A DNA stretch of 64,000 nt from Candidatus Cloacimonadales bacterium (GTDB lineage: Bacteria > Cloacimonadota > Cloacimonadia > Cloacimonadales > JAFGVF01): positions 896,001-960,000 of the forward strand of contig OY759729.1 in NCBI GenBank assembly GCA_963662585.1, written 5' to 3'. The position numbers and the translations under genes are program-made. Positions 56,173 through 64,000 of this stretch are shown here, in pieces (position 1 is the stretch's first letter; every line of letters starts with the position of its first letter). The notes below the pieces were generated by a model. It was not told where the DNA came from, did not search any database, and saw only the letters and a program-made list of their open reading frames with translations.

Positions 56173-59112
56173 CTATTTCATCAAAATCATTTTCTTAGTA
56201 GAAGAATACTTTCCACTTCTCATTTTGTAGAGATATAATCCTGAAGCAACTTCTTTATTACTATCATCTCTACCATTCCAAACTACACTATGTCTACCAG
56301 CACTGAAAATATCATTAACAAGAGTTTTTACCTTCTGACCTTTGATATTATAAATATCTAAGTTCACTTGACCTGAGTTTGGTACTTGGAAAGAGATATT
56401 TGTTTCAGGGTTAAATGGATTAGGGTAGTTTTGCATTAAGCTCATAGTCATTGGAGCTATATCATTGTTTTCATTAGCTACTGAAGTGAAATCGAGTAAT
56501 TGTGCATAAAATCCAGAAATATTTTCATTATATTGAGACCAAACACTTAACACTCTCTGGTCTGGTAATTTGACGAAATCCAGTATGTATATTTCTGGTA
56601 ATTCACCTGCTAATTCTGATCCATCAGCAACATATATTATGTCGCCATCAGAATTCATCAGATTATATTCATAATTAACACCAAAGTCAGAGTCATCCCG
56701 CAAGCCAACAATAATATAACCATCACCTACATCCTTAATGAAGTTATCGTACCATCCACCATATTCTATCTCATTATTTAGTAAAATACCTTCCTCGTCC
56801 CATAATTTTTCACCTGAGTAAGAAAGTTTTTGAACTTTCATTTCAGTCACAGTAAAATTAGTTTCACTCCAAACAATATTAATCTCATCAGTAATCAGAA
56901 TTTCAGTGTTCGTGATATAGATTTCATTTTGTGTAGTAGAATTATCAATAACAATAATTGAGTCATCCCAATATTGGTTTCCACTATTGGTTATTCCTTG
57001 AAGAAAGATTTGATGATCTGTATTCCAGATATAGAACAGATTATTATTATCATCAGCAACAAATTTTTGGTCATTTCCAATAAGGACTAAATTCTCTTCA
57101 AGGAAATCACCTTGATCAGTAATTTTAATTGCTTTAAATGTTTGATTGTTTGTTTTGATTATGCAATAATTATTTACTGTATTTTCAATTCGGTATTGAG
57201 AATAAGTTGAACCTTGGGAAGTATCTATAGTATAGGGTTCTCCCCACTGTAGATCATTATTACATTTAATTCCGTTGATATATTTTTCATTTGCGGAAGT
57301 ATCTTCAATCAACCAGCTAACATAAAATGCATTATTATTGGTGCTTACGGATAACTGTCTTAGTGATTCCAGCGAAGAATTAATCTCTTCTCCATATTCA
57401 TTGCCTAAAAGGCTACCATCACTATCAATAATACGGCTCATAATCACACCATAACTGTCTGCATTCCAAACTATACAAATTTGACCTGAATCATTTTGAA
57501 CTACGGATATATATCTGATATCATAATCTTCTTCTGTAAGGTTCGAATTAGTAAATTCAGCTATATCAAGACCACCTTCTGTTAACTCATAACTTCCATC
57601 TGAGTTAATAATTTGATATTTTATTTTATAGTTCATATTGAAAGTATAATCTAACCAAATAATCACACTTCTTTCAGAATCAGGTAAGTGAAAGGCATAA
57701 TAATAATATGAAAGTCCTCCAGTTATACTATGTATTATAATTTCATTCTCTTCACTAATTGCACTTTGGAGATTATCATCAAAAACTTTTTGCACTAAAT
57801 TCCTGAAACCATCACGAAATTCAAATGATATAATGATTAATTCATTGTTATAAGCTAAATAGGAGTCAAACTCATAGCTATTAAATTGATTAATCAGTAA
57901 TCCACTATCGTCAGTTTGAATATCACCATTTGAATCTATTTTAATCAATTTAAAATCGTAATCAATATAATCTGAATCCATTTCACTATCTATCATCATA
58001 GTAAAATATAACTCGTCTGAATTTGTTGCAATAATATCTATATTATCTTTAGAAAAATTACTAATACTATCTAAATATATTCCTGAATTATTCCATACTT
58101 GGTAAAGATTTTGATTTAAATTTATAGCATTCCATGAGTATTCAAAATTGGAGGAAATCAAGGATTTAGAAATTATGAATAAATTTCCATTATCATTTGT
58201 AGCGTAATTTATGATGTAGAATGGGTAAGGACTTTCCATTAATGGAACATTAGCTATATATGGGTCTATTTCACCAGTTAAAGATATTTTTCTTACATCC
58301 AAAGTTGCAATAGAATCTTCAAAGTCATCTAAAATTAAATAATAGCTATCAATATTATTATATACTATTCTTAATTTTCTTCGATCATTTTGTGGGAAGT
58401 CTAAGGTGATGTTTTGATTCCATAAAAGTACACCTGTAGTGTCAAATCTCGTAACAGAAACAAAATTGGGATCTACTTCAATATCAACAATGATTAGACT
58501 ACCATGACCATCTGAGATAATTTGATTGCTGTAGCTTATATTACCTAAGTCTAAAGCATCGTCTGTTCCACCCCATTGATTTATGCCATTACTATCTAAG
58601 CTTTTAGCCATAGTTGTATCATTGAGCCATGTTATCACTGCTCCTCCATTTTCATTTGGAAAAAGCAGAATCCTATCTTCCGAACCAACATCAAACTGGT
58701 CTGAAACAAAAACTCCGTTTTCTGACCATAATAGATTACCAGATTCATCAATCTTTTGAGCCATAATGCTCTGTGGATTTTCATGCTCTATCCAAGTTAC
58801 TATGAAGCAATCATCATTAGTAGCTATAATTCTAGAATCAGTTTGATTGTAGTTAGACTCAGCTAGCAACATGGGTTCTTCAGACCAAAGTGGATTTCCT
58901 TGATTATCAAACTTCATGATGCGGATTTGGCGACTACCATCTTGGATTTCAGACCAAACATGAACTATTGCATTATCATCTGTAGCAAGTGAAGACCATT
59001 TGTTCCATTCTAAATTTTCGTTATCTCTGATAAGTAAAGGTTCATCCCATACTACTTGACACAACAAAACATTAGCTACTAACAGTAAAACTACTGAAAA
59101 AACAAGTTTCAT
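56173..59112 (-). CDS. Secreted repeat (probable beta-propeller) protein with FlgD-Ig/T9SS-like CTD, paralog 1
   Basis: Signal peptide; recurrent AQK.D..G..LW..NG and G..I.W motifs; QNYPNPFNP CTD. Confidence 0.8.
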   Translation of the reverse strand: MKLVFSVVLLLVANVLLCQVVWDEPLLIRDNENLEWNKWSSLATDDNAIVHVWSEIQDGSRQIRIMKFDNQGNPLWSEEPMLLAESNYNQTDSRIIATNDDCFIVTWIEHENPQSIMAQKIDESGNLLWSENGVFVSDQFDVGSEDRILLFPNENGGAVITWLNDTTMAKSLDSNGINQWGGTDDALDLGNISYSNQIISDGHGSLIIVDIEVDPNFVSVTRFDTTGVLLWNQNITLDFPQNDRRKLRIVYNNIDSYYLILDDFEDSIATLDVRKISLTGEIDPYIANVPLMESPYPFYIINYATNDNGNLFIISKSLISSNFEYSWNAINLNQNLYQVWNNSGIYLDSISNFSKDNIDIIATNSDELYFTMMIDSEMDSDYIDYDFKLIKIDSNGDIQTDDSGLLINQFNSYEFDSYLAYNNELIIISFEFRDGFRNLVQKVFDDNLQSAISEENEIIIHSITGGLSYYYYAFHLPDSERSVIIWLDYTFNMNYKIKYQIINSDGSYELTEGGLDIAEFTNSNLTEEDYDIRYISVVQNDSGQICIVWNADSYGVIMSRIIDSDGSLLGNEYGEEINSSLESLRQLSVSTNNNAFYVSWLIEDTSANEKYINGIKCNNDLQWGEPYTIDTSQGSTYSQYRIENTVNNYCIIKTNNQTFKAIKITDQGDFLEENLVLIGNDQKFVADDNNNLFYIWNTDHQIFLQGITNSGNQYWDDSIIVIDNSTTQNEIYITNTEILITDEINIVWSETNFTVTEMKVQKLSYSGEKLWDEEGILLNNEIEYGGWYDNFIKDVGDGYIIVGLRDDSDFGVNYEYNLMNSDGDIIYVADGSELAGELPEIYILDFVKLPDQRVLSVWSQYNENISGFYAQLLDFTSVANENNDIAPMTMSLMQNYPNPFNPETNISFQVPNSGQVNLDIYNIKGQKVKTLVNDIFSAGRHSVVWNGRDDSNKEVASGLYLYKMRSGKYSSTKKMILMK

Positions 59113-59314
59113 AACTATCCTCCAACCTGGAAATTTGTAAAACTTTAGAAAAATTTTGTATTTTGGTCTTATCTAAATACCAAGTACCTAGCATAAGCGT
59201 CGATACATTTTTTTCATGAATTCAACAGGGAGTCTCATAGAAGAGTTCCCTAGTCTAAGTCATCCCTTTTCAGGGTTTCAAGGGGCCTATGGTAATAAGC
59301 CCCTTGGTTATTAT

Positions 59315-62248
59315 CTATTTCATTAAAATCATTTTCTTAGTAGAAGAATACTTTCCACTTCTCATTTTGTAGAGATATAATCCTGAAGCAACTTCTTTAT
59401 TACTATCATCTCTACCATTCCAAACTACACTATGTCTACCAGCACTGAAAATATCATTAACAAGAGTTTTTACCTTCTGACCTTTGATATTATAAATATC
59501 TAAGTTCACTTGACCTGAGTTTGGTACTTGGAAAGATATATTTGTTTCAGGGTTAAATGGATTTGGATAGTTTTGGAGTAAATTCTCAGTCATTGCTACT
59601 GTTTCATTAGATTCAATATCTACAGAAAGGAAATCATTCATTCTAGCGTAGAGTCCACCTTCATATAAGGAAGTGAATAAAAGGTTATAACCTTGTAAGT
59701 TGGTAATTTTAACAGTAGTGTTACTTAGAAAAATACCATCATAGTGTGTACTATAACCATTAAAACTTACCCCACCATTACTATTAATAATATTTAGTTT
59801 ATCACGCCAATAACCATTAATAGGTTCTTTCCAACCTGCAATAAAATATCCATCATTCATCTCCTCAAGTATAGATACATTAAAGTACTCTTCCCTTGTT
59901 GAAAGTAAAATTCCTGCTTCCTGCCACAATTTGTTACCTGAAAAATCAAGTTTTTGAGCTTTTAATTCAATATCAGAATTTTCTGTAGATTGACTCCATA
60001 GTATATTAATTCCATCATTAACAAGAATCTCAGGATATTTAGCTTCAACATTAACTTCTGAATCAGAATGGAAACTGATTTGAACAGGAGAATTCCAATA
60101 CAGTTGATCAGAATCAGTAATTCCTTGAGCATAAATTTCGCCCCCAACATACCAAGTAAAGAAAAGGTTATTATCTGCATCACAATCAAACTTATATTCG
60201 TAGCCCATAAAGACTTGGTTAAGTTCAGAGACGCTTCCATCGTCGGCTATCTTATAAACATAATGTAGTTGATTGCTTTTTTTAACAACACAGTAGTTAT
60301 TTATAACCTTATTTAATTCAAAAATTGAGCCTGTAGATTCATCAATAAGTTGTGGAGTCCCCCAGGCAAAATTATTGTCTGTTCTTGTAGCGTAAGCAGC
60401 CTTATCATTTCCATAATAATTTGAAGACATATAGCTTAGATAGAAATCATTATTATATGAACTCATTGATAAATCATATACTTTTTCATAACTTGTAGAA
60501 GAATAAATTTCTTCACCAAAGTCACTACCTAAAAGTGAACCATCAGTATCAATGACTCTACTTCTGGCAAATAATCCATTTTCTTCAGATATCCAAGCAA
60601 CACAAATTTGGCCTAAATCGTTTTGAGCTGTGGTAATTTTGTAAGGGATATATTCATAATCACTAGTTTCATTTAGTGTAAAATCAGCAATATCACTACC
60701 ATTTTCAGCAAGTTCTATATCACCGTCAGAATTGACTATTTGATACATAATCTTGTTGTTCATCATGTTCTTCTTATCAAGCCAAATTGTTACTGTCTTT
60801 TCAGATTCAGGTAAGAAGTAAGTGATATAATCAGTATCATAGACATACCCTGTAAGACGATGACTAATAATCTCACTATCTTCCGGTAGAAGGCTCTGGA
60901 GCTGGTCATTAAGCACAATTTGTCTAAGATTTGTATAACCTTCAGTTAACTCTTTCCAAGTTATGAATAGATTATCATTATCGCCACCATAGCCTAAAAA
61001 TAAAGAACTAGAAATATCCCCAATCTGAGTTAGCACTAATCCACCTTCATTAGTCTCAATAGTCCCTTCTGCATTTATCTTAAATAAGTTAATATTATAT
61101 TCAGGAGCTAAAGGTCCTGCCCCATTGACAGTCAAATTAGTTATGTATAATTCTCCTGAATCACTAGCATCAATTTCTAAGGAATTAAAAATAAGAACCT
61201 CAAGTGAGTCTAAGAGAACTCCTGATTCAGCCCAGATATGATTCAAATTTGCATCTAATTTGAAAGCACGCATAGTAATATAACTATCAAGATAATAGTA
61301 TATTGATTGACTTACTAGAAACAAATCCCCATTAACATTAGTTTTGTAATCAAGAAAGTACATTTGAGTAGTACCATTCATTAAAGGAATGTAGTTAACA
61401 CTTGTAGATAATTCTCCTGTTAATGATAATTTTCTTACCGCTATTTGAGTAATTTGATTTTCTAATTCTTCTAACATAACATAATAGCTATCAATATTAT
61501 TGTAAATTATTCTTAGTTTTCTTTTATCATTCACCTGAAGATCTAAATCAATCTCTACATTCCAGGAAACTTCACCAGTAGAATCTAATCTTTTCGCATT
61601 CATAATATAAGAATCTTCTTCTGTATCGACAATAATAAGACCACCATGCCCATCTGAAGATACTTGATTATTATAAGATGTATAACCGACATTTATGCCA
61701 TCATGACCCCATTGAGGTATACCATTGCTATTTAGACTTTGAGCCATGGTATCATAGTCAATCCAAGATATTATAGCACCACCATTTTCATTAGGGAATA
61801 GTACTAATCTATGAGGAAAGTCCTCGTTGTATTCAGCAGGAATGATAACTCCAGCATCTGCCCAAAGTTTATTACCAGAAAAATCTAACTTTTGTGCTTT
61901 GATAATAGTTTGGTTATAATAATGTTCTAACCAAGCAACAACATAACCGCCATCATTCGTTCTTGTGATTTTTGCATTCCATTGATTGTTGTAAGATTCT
62001 GCAAGAAGAAAAGGTTCATCGTCCCAAAGAGAAGTGCCATCACCATAGAATTTCTGGACTAAGATTCTTCCAACTCCAAAGTTCTTTTCTGACCAAACAT
62101 GAACGATATCATTACCACCCGATGTTACTGAAGATTGATTCCACTCTAAATCGCCACTCTGCCTAATTGGTAAAGTGGAATACCAGGAAATTTGACCACA
62201 CAAAATATTTGCCATTAACAACAAAACTACAGTTACATAAAGTTTCAT
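59315..62248 (-). CDS. Secreted repeat (probable beta-propeller) protein with FlgD-Ig/T9SS-like CTD, paralog 2
   Basis: Colinear paralog of 56173-59112 with an identical CTD protein sequence. Confidence 0.8.
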   Translation of the reverse strand: MKLYVTVVLLLMANILCGQISWYSTLPIRQSGDLEWNQSSVTSGGNDIVHVWSEKNFGVGRILVQKFYGDGTSLWDDEPFLLAESYNNQWNAKITRTNDGGYVVAWLEHYYNQTIIKAQKLDFSGNKLWADAGVIIPAEYNEDFPHRLVLFPNENGGAIISWIDYDTMAQSLNSNGIPQWGHDGINVGYTSYNNQVSSDGHGGLIIVDTEEDSYIMNAKRLDSTGEVSWNVEIDLDLQVNDKRKLRIIYNNIDSYYVMLEELENQITQIAVRKLSLTGELSTSVNYIPLMNGTTQMYFLDYKTNVNGDLFLVSQSIYYYLDSYITMRAFKLDANLNHIWAESGVLLDSLEVLIFNSLEIDASDSGELYITNLTVNGAGPLAPEYNINLFKINAEGTIETNEGGLVLTQIGDISSSLFLGYGGDNDNLFITWKELTEGYTNLRQIVLNDQLQSLLPEDSEIISHRLTGYVYDTDYITYFLPESEKTVTIWLDKKNMMNNKIMYQIVNSDGDIELAENGSDIADFTLNETSDYEYIPYKITTAQNDLGQICVAWISEENGLFARSRVIDTDGSLLGSDFGEEIYSSTSYEKVYDLSMSSYNNDFYLSYMSSNYYGNDKAAYATRTDNNFAWGTPQLIDESTGSIFELNKVINNYCVVKKSNQLHYVYKIADDGSVSELNQVFMGYEYKFDCDADNNLFFTWYVGGEIYAQGITDSDQLYWNSPVQISFHSDSEVNVEAKYPEILVNDGINILWSQSTENSDIELKAQKLDFSGNKLWQEAGILLSTREEYFNVSILEEMNDGYFIAGWKEPINGYWRDKLNIINSNGGVSFNGYSTHYDGIFLSNTTVKITNLQGYNLLFTSLYEGGLYARMNDFLSVDIESNETVAMTENLLQNYPNPFNPETNISFQVPNSGQVNLDIYNIKGQKVKTLVNDIFSAGRHSVVWNGRDDSNKEVASGLYLYKMRSGKYSSTKKMILMK

Positions 62249-62299
62249 AATTATCCTCCTACTAGGAATTTTTTAAACTCTTTGATTAGTTTTATTAAT

Positions 62300-62315
62300 T
62301 GCATATATTGTTCCA
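62300..62315 (-). promoter_or_regulatory. Candidate sigma54 (-24/-12) promoter
   Basis: Minus strand TGGAACAATATATGCA = GG-N10-GC, 53 nt before ATG 62248. Confidence 0.5.
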
Positions 62316-62489
62316 TTTCTATTAATATTAATTAGATAGTCAAGTATTTTTACTTGCATAAATTAGCAAACATCAAAGATATTGTTTCTTATAATTGTAA
62401 TTTTTATAAAGATTTATTTTCATAAAAAAATTAAAACCAACTATTGCCACAATCAAAGATATTTAGTTTATTTATATCATTATTCTTAT

Positions 62490-62612
62490 CCTTTCTTTTC
62501 TTACCTTATCCGCGTCTAATCCTCTTCGACTACTCCCTTAATGACTTCTCGAAAAAATATCAAACAATGCTTGAGTAGAGTGAGAGGGAGTAAGGGAAGT
62601 CCAAGAAGAATC
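62490..62612. repeat. Pyrimidine-arm/purine-arm long palindrome, copy C
   Basis: TACTCCCT (62531-62538)/AGGGAGTA (62585-62592); AAATATCAAA..CTTGAGT core shared with copy A. Confidence 0.5.
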
Positions 62613-62658
62613 TAAGCTATAATCCCCCTCAGCGAGGGGGACACAAGAAGTGTTATCC

Positions 62659-63501
62659 TTAGTTGAAAGGATTAGGATAAGCGTAAATTCTAGCTTCTAA
62701 AGGTGGAAAACCACCACCATCATTGTCTTTATCCCAGTTTAAAGATTTTGAAGCAGTATCAGTAACATCTAAATATTTCTTAGCAAGGTCATCTTCCTCA
62801 AGAGTCATTTCATCCCAATTTAACTCAATATCATTTCTACCACTAGTAATGTTGAAAGAAGCAGTTTTTATCACTCCTTCATTATTTGAAATTTTTACAA
62901 TAGTAGGGGAAGTAAATGTTAAGTTTCCGACAATACATGCGTGTTCATCTAAACACTCAAATTCATCATTAAAGTATAAGAATGGAAAAGAGATTTGGCT
63001 TGTCTCGGTGATTTCGCCTAATTCATTTGTTGAATAATCAGCCAAAGCTATATTCATTCTAGAATATTGATAAAGATAACAAGATACTGAATCTTCAAGT
63101 CCATTCTCATCATGAAATGTATATACTGCTTGATAAATACCATCTTTAGTACCAACTTCAGGATAATAAACAAGAGCATGATTTCCTGCTGGCAATTCTT
63201 GATCTAACAAAGTCTCTATTTTATTACCAAAATAATCTTTAATTTCTACTATTACACTATCAGCTCTAAGAACAGAGTAGTGTAGCGATACTTCAGGTCT
63301 ACCAGAAGTTAATTTACTAGCAAGTCCTTCATTCTTTGGATAAATAGTCGTATTATAACCAGATAAAGCTTCATTCTGTGAATTTACAAGTTTCAGATTC
63401 AGTGAAAATCTCGAAGATGAAGAAGGTCCACTTGTTTTTAAGCAAGAAGCTATCGCTAAGGTTAATATTAAGGTAATGAATAAAGTAACTTTTTTTTGCA
63501 T
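62659..63501 (-). CDS. Lipoprotein with circularly permuted FlgD-Ig/T9SS-CTD-like domain
   Basis: Lipobox IASC; internal RPEVSLHYSV..IVEIKDYFGNKIETLL..LPAGNH..DGIY; terminal IYAYPNPFN*. Confidence 0.7.
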   Translation of the reverse strand: MQKKVTLFITLILTLAIASCLKTSGPSSSSRFSLNLKLVNSQNEALSGYNTTIYPKNEGLASKLTSGRPEVSLHYSVLRADSVIVEIKDYFGNKIETLLDQELPAGNHALVYYPEVGTKDGIYQAVYTFHDENGLEDSVSCYLYQYSRMNIALADYSTNELGEITETSQISFPFLYFNDEFECLDEHACIVGNLTFTSPTIVKISNNEGVIKTASFNITSGRNDIELNWDEMTLEEDDLAKKYLDVTDTASKSLNWDKDNDGGGFPPLEARIYAYPNPFN

Positions 63502-63658
63502 TTTTTCTCCTAAGGATTGAACATTTAATTATTTTTTTTATTAATATATTTTTACTAATATTGTCAAGACAAAGTTTATGATAAATTTATTTGATATTTT
63601 AAGATTATTACTTATATTATTAATAAGAACATTTTACTTAGTTTAGAAGGAGTAAAAA

Positions 63659-64000
63659 ATGGAAGAAAAAGCAGTAGGTTGTGCAAGACCTATAACAAAA
63701 ACCGAACAAAAACCTCAAGCAAAAAATGAGCTTATCAACACAAAGGAGAAAATTATGGAAATAGTAAGAGTAGGGCACAAAGCCCCAGATTTTGAAGCAC
63801 CTGCCTATTATAAAGGCGGTTTCACATCAGTTAAATTATCAGATTTCAAAGGAAAATGGCTAGTATTATGTTTCTATCCTGGTGATTTCACCTTCGTCTG
63901 AGCAACCGAAGTTTCAGCGGTCGCTGCAAATTATGAAAAACTACAAGACTTAGGTGCAGAAGTAATTTCGATGAGTGTGGATAGCCAATTTGTTCATAAA
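63659..64000 (+). CDS. prxU: Selenocysteine-containing peroxiredoxin (AhpC/Prx1, PrxU-like), truncated by the window
   Basis: [20 protein letters not shown](63899-63901)[36 protein letters not shown] at the peroxidatic Cys position and the frame stays open. Confidence 0.9.
63911..63931 (+). promoter_or_regulatory. Bacterial SECIS-like hairpin
   Basis: GTTT-CAGC-ggtc-GCTG-c-AAAT; apical loop starts with G, 17 nt after the UGA. Confidence 0.7.

Noticed and set aside
59166..59183. Fourth sigma54 promoter upstream of 59112
   Set aside because: GG is present but the -12 position reads AG rather than GC.
56173..59575. DGR template/variable repeat pair
   Set aside because: Both copies are coding, the 4 differences are synonymous, and there is no reverse transcriptase in the window.
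63899..63901. Peroxiredoxin pseudogene with a nonsense mutation
   Set aside because: The stop is UGA exactly at the catalytic Cys with a downstream SECIS-like hairpin; Sec recoding is more parsimonious.

Overview
AT-rich bacterial chromosome segment, most likely Candidatus Cloacimonadota. This is inferred from the many secreted proteins ending in a YPNPFN...FlgD-Ig/T9SS-type-A-like C-terminal domain (CTD) and the gingipain-like C25 paralogs. Left to right: a Wzx/Wzy polysaccharide operon (GT4, wzx, wzy, wzz, wecB) divergent from a glucuronyl C5-epimerase-like lipoprotein; DUF4159-lpxH-cyclophilin-ttcA; the rimP-nusA-ylxR-ylxQ-infB-rbfA-nrnA-truB-ribF operon extended by a secreted protein, yhaM, walJ, miaB and era; an M28 peptidase, a second ttcA, queH and a VirK-like gene; a pyrB-pyrC-pyrK-pyrD operon with a PyrR-type leader; a ~26 kb secretome region (LVIVD lipoprotein, three C25 proteins, two paralogous repeat proteins, a lipoprotein); and a selenocysteine peroxiredoxin cut by the window edge. 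Most notable: (1) a lipoprotein with a circularly permuted CTD whose YPNPFN strand is at the extreme C-terminus; (2) sigma54 -24/-12 motifs ahead of three secretome units; (3) two 1807-aa C25 paralogs lacking the catalytic His; (4) near-identical CTD DNA on two otherwise diverged paralogs; (5) UGA plus SECIS in the peroxiredoxin; (6) a PyrR hairpin masking the SD of a uORF overlapping pyrB; (7) a 439-bp ISL3-like MITE with an 8-bp target duplication, plus several dispersed palindromic repeat families. No rRNA, tRNA or CRISPR array was seen. All family assignments are from motifs read by eye; no searches were run.
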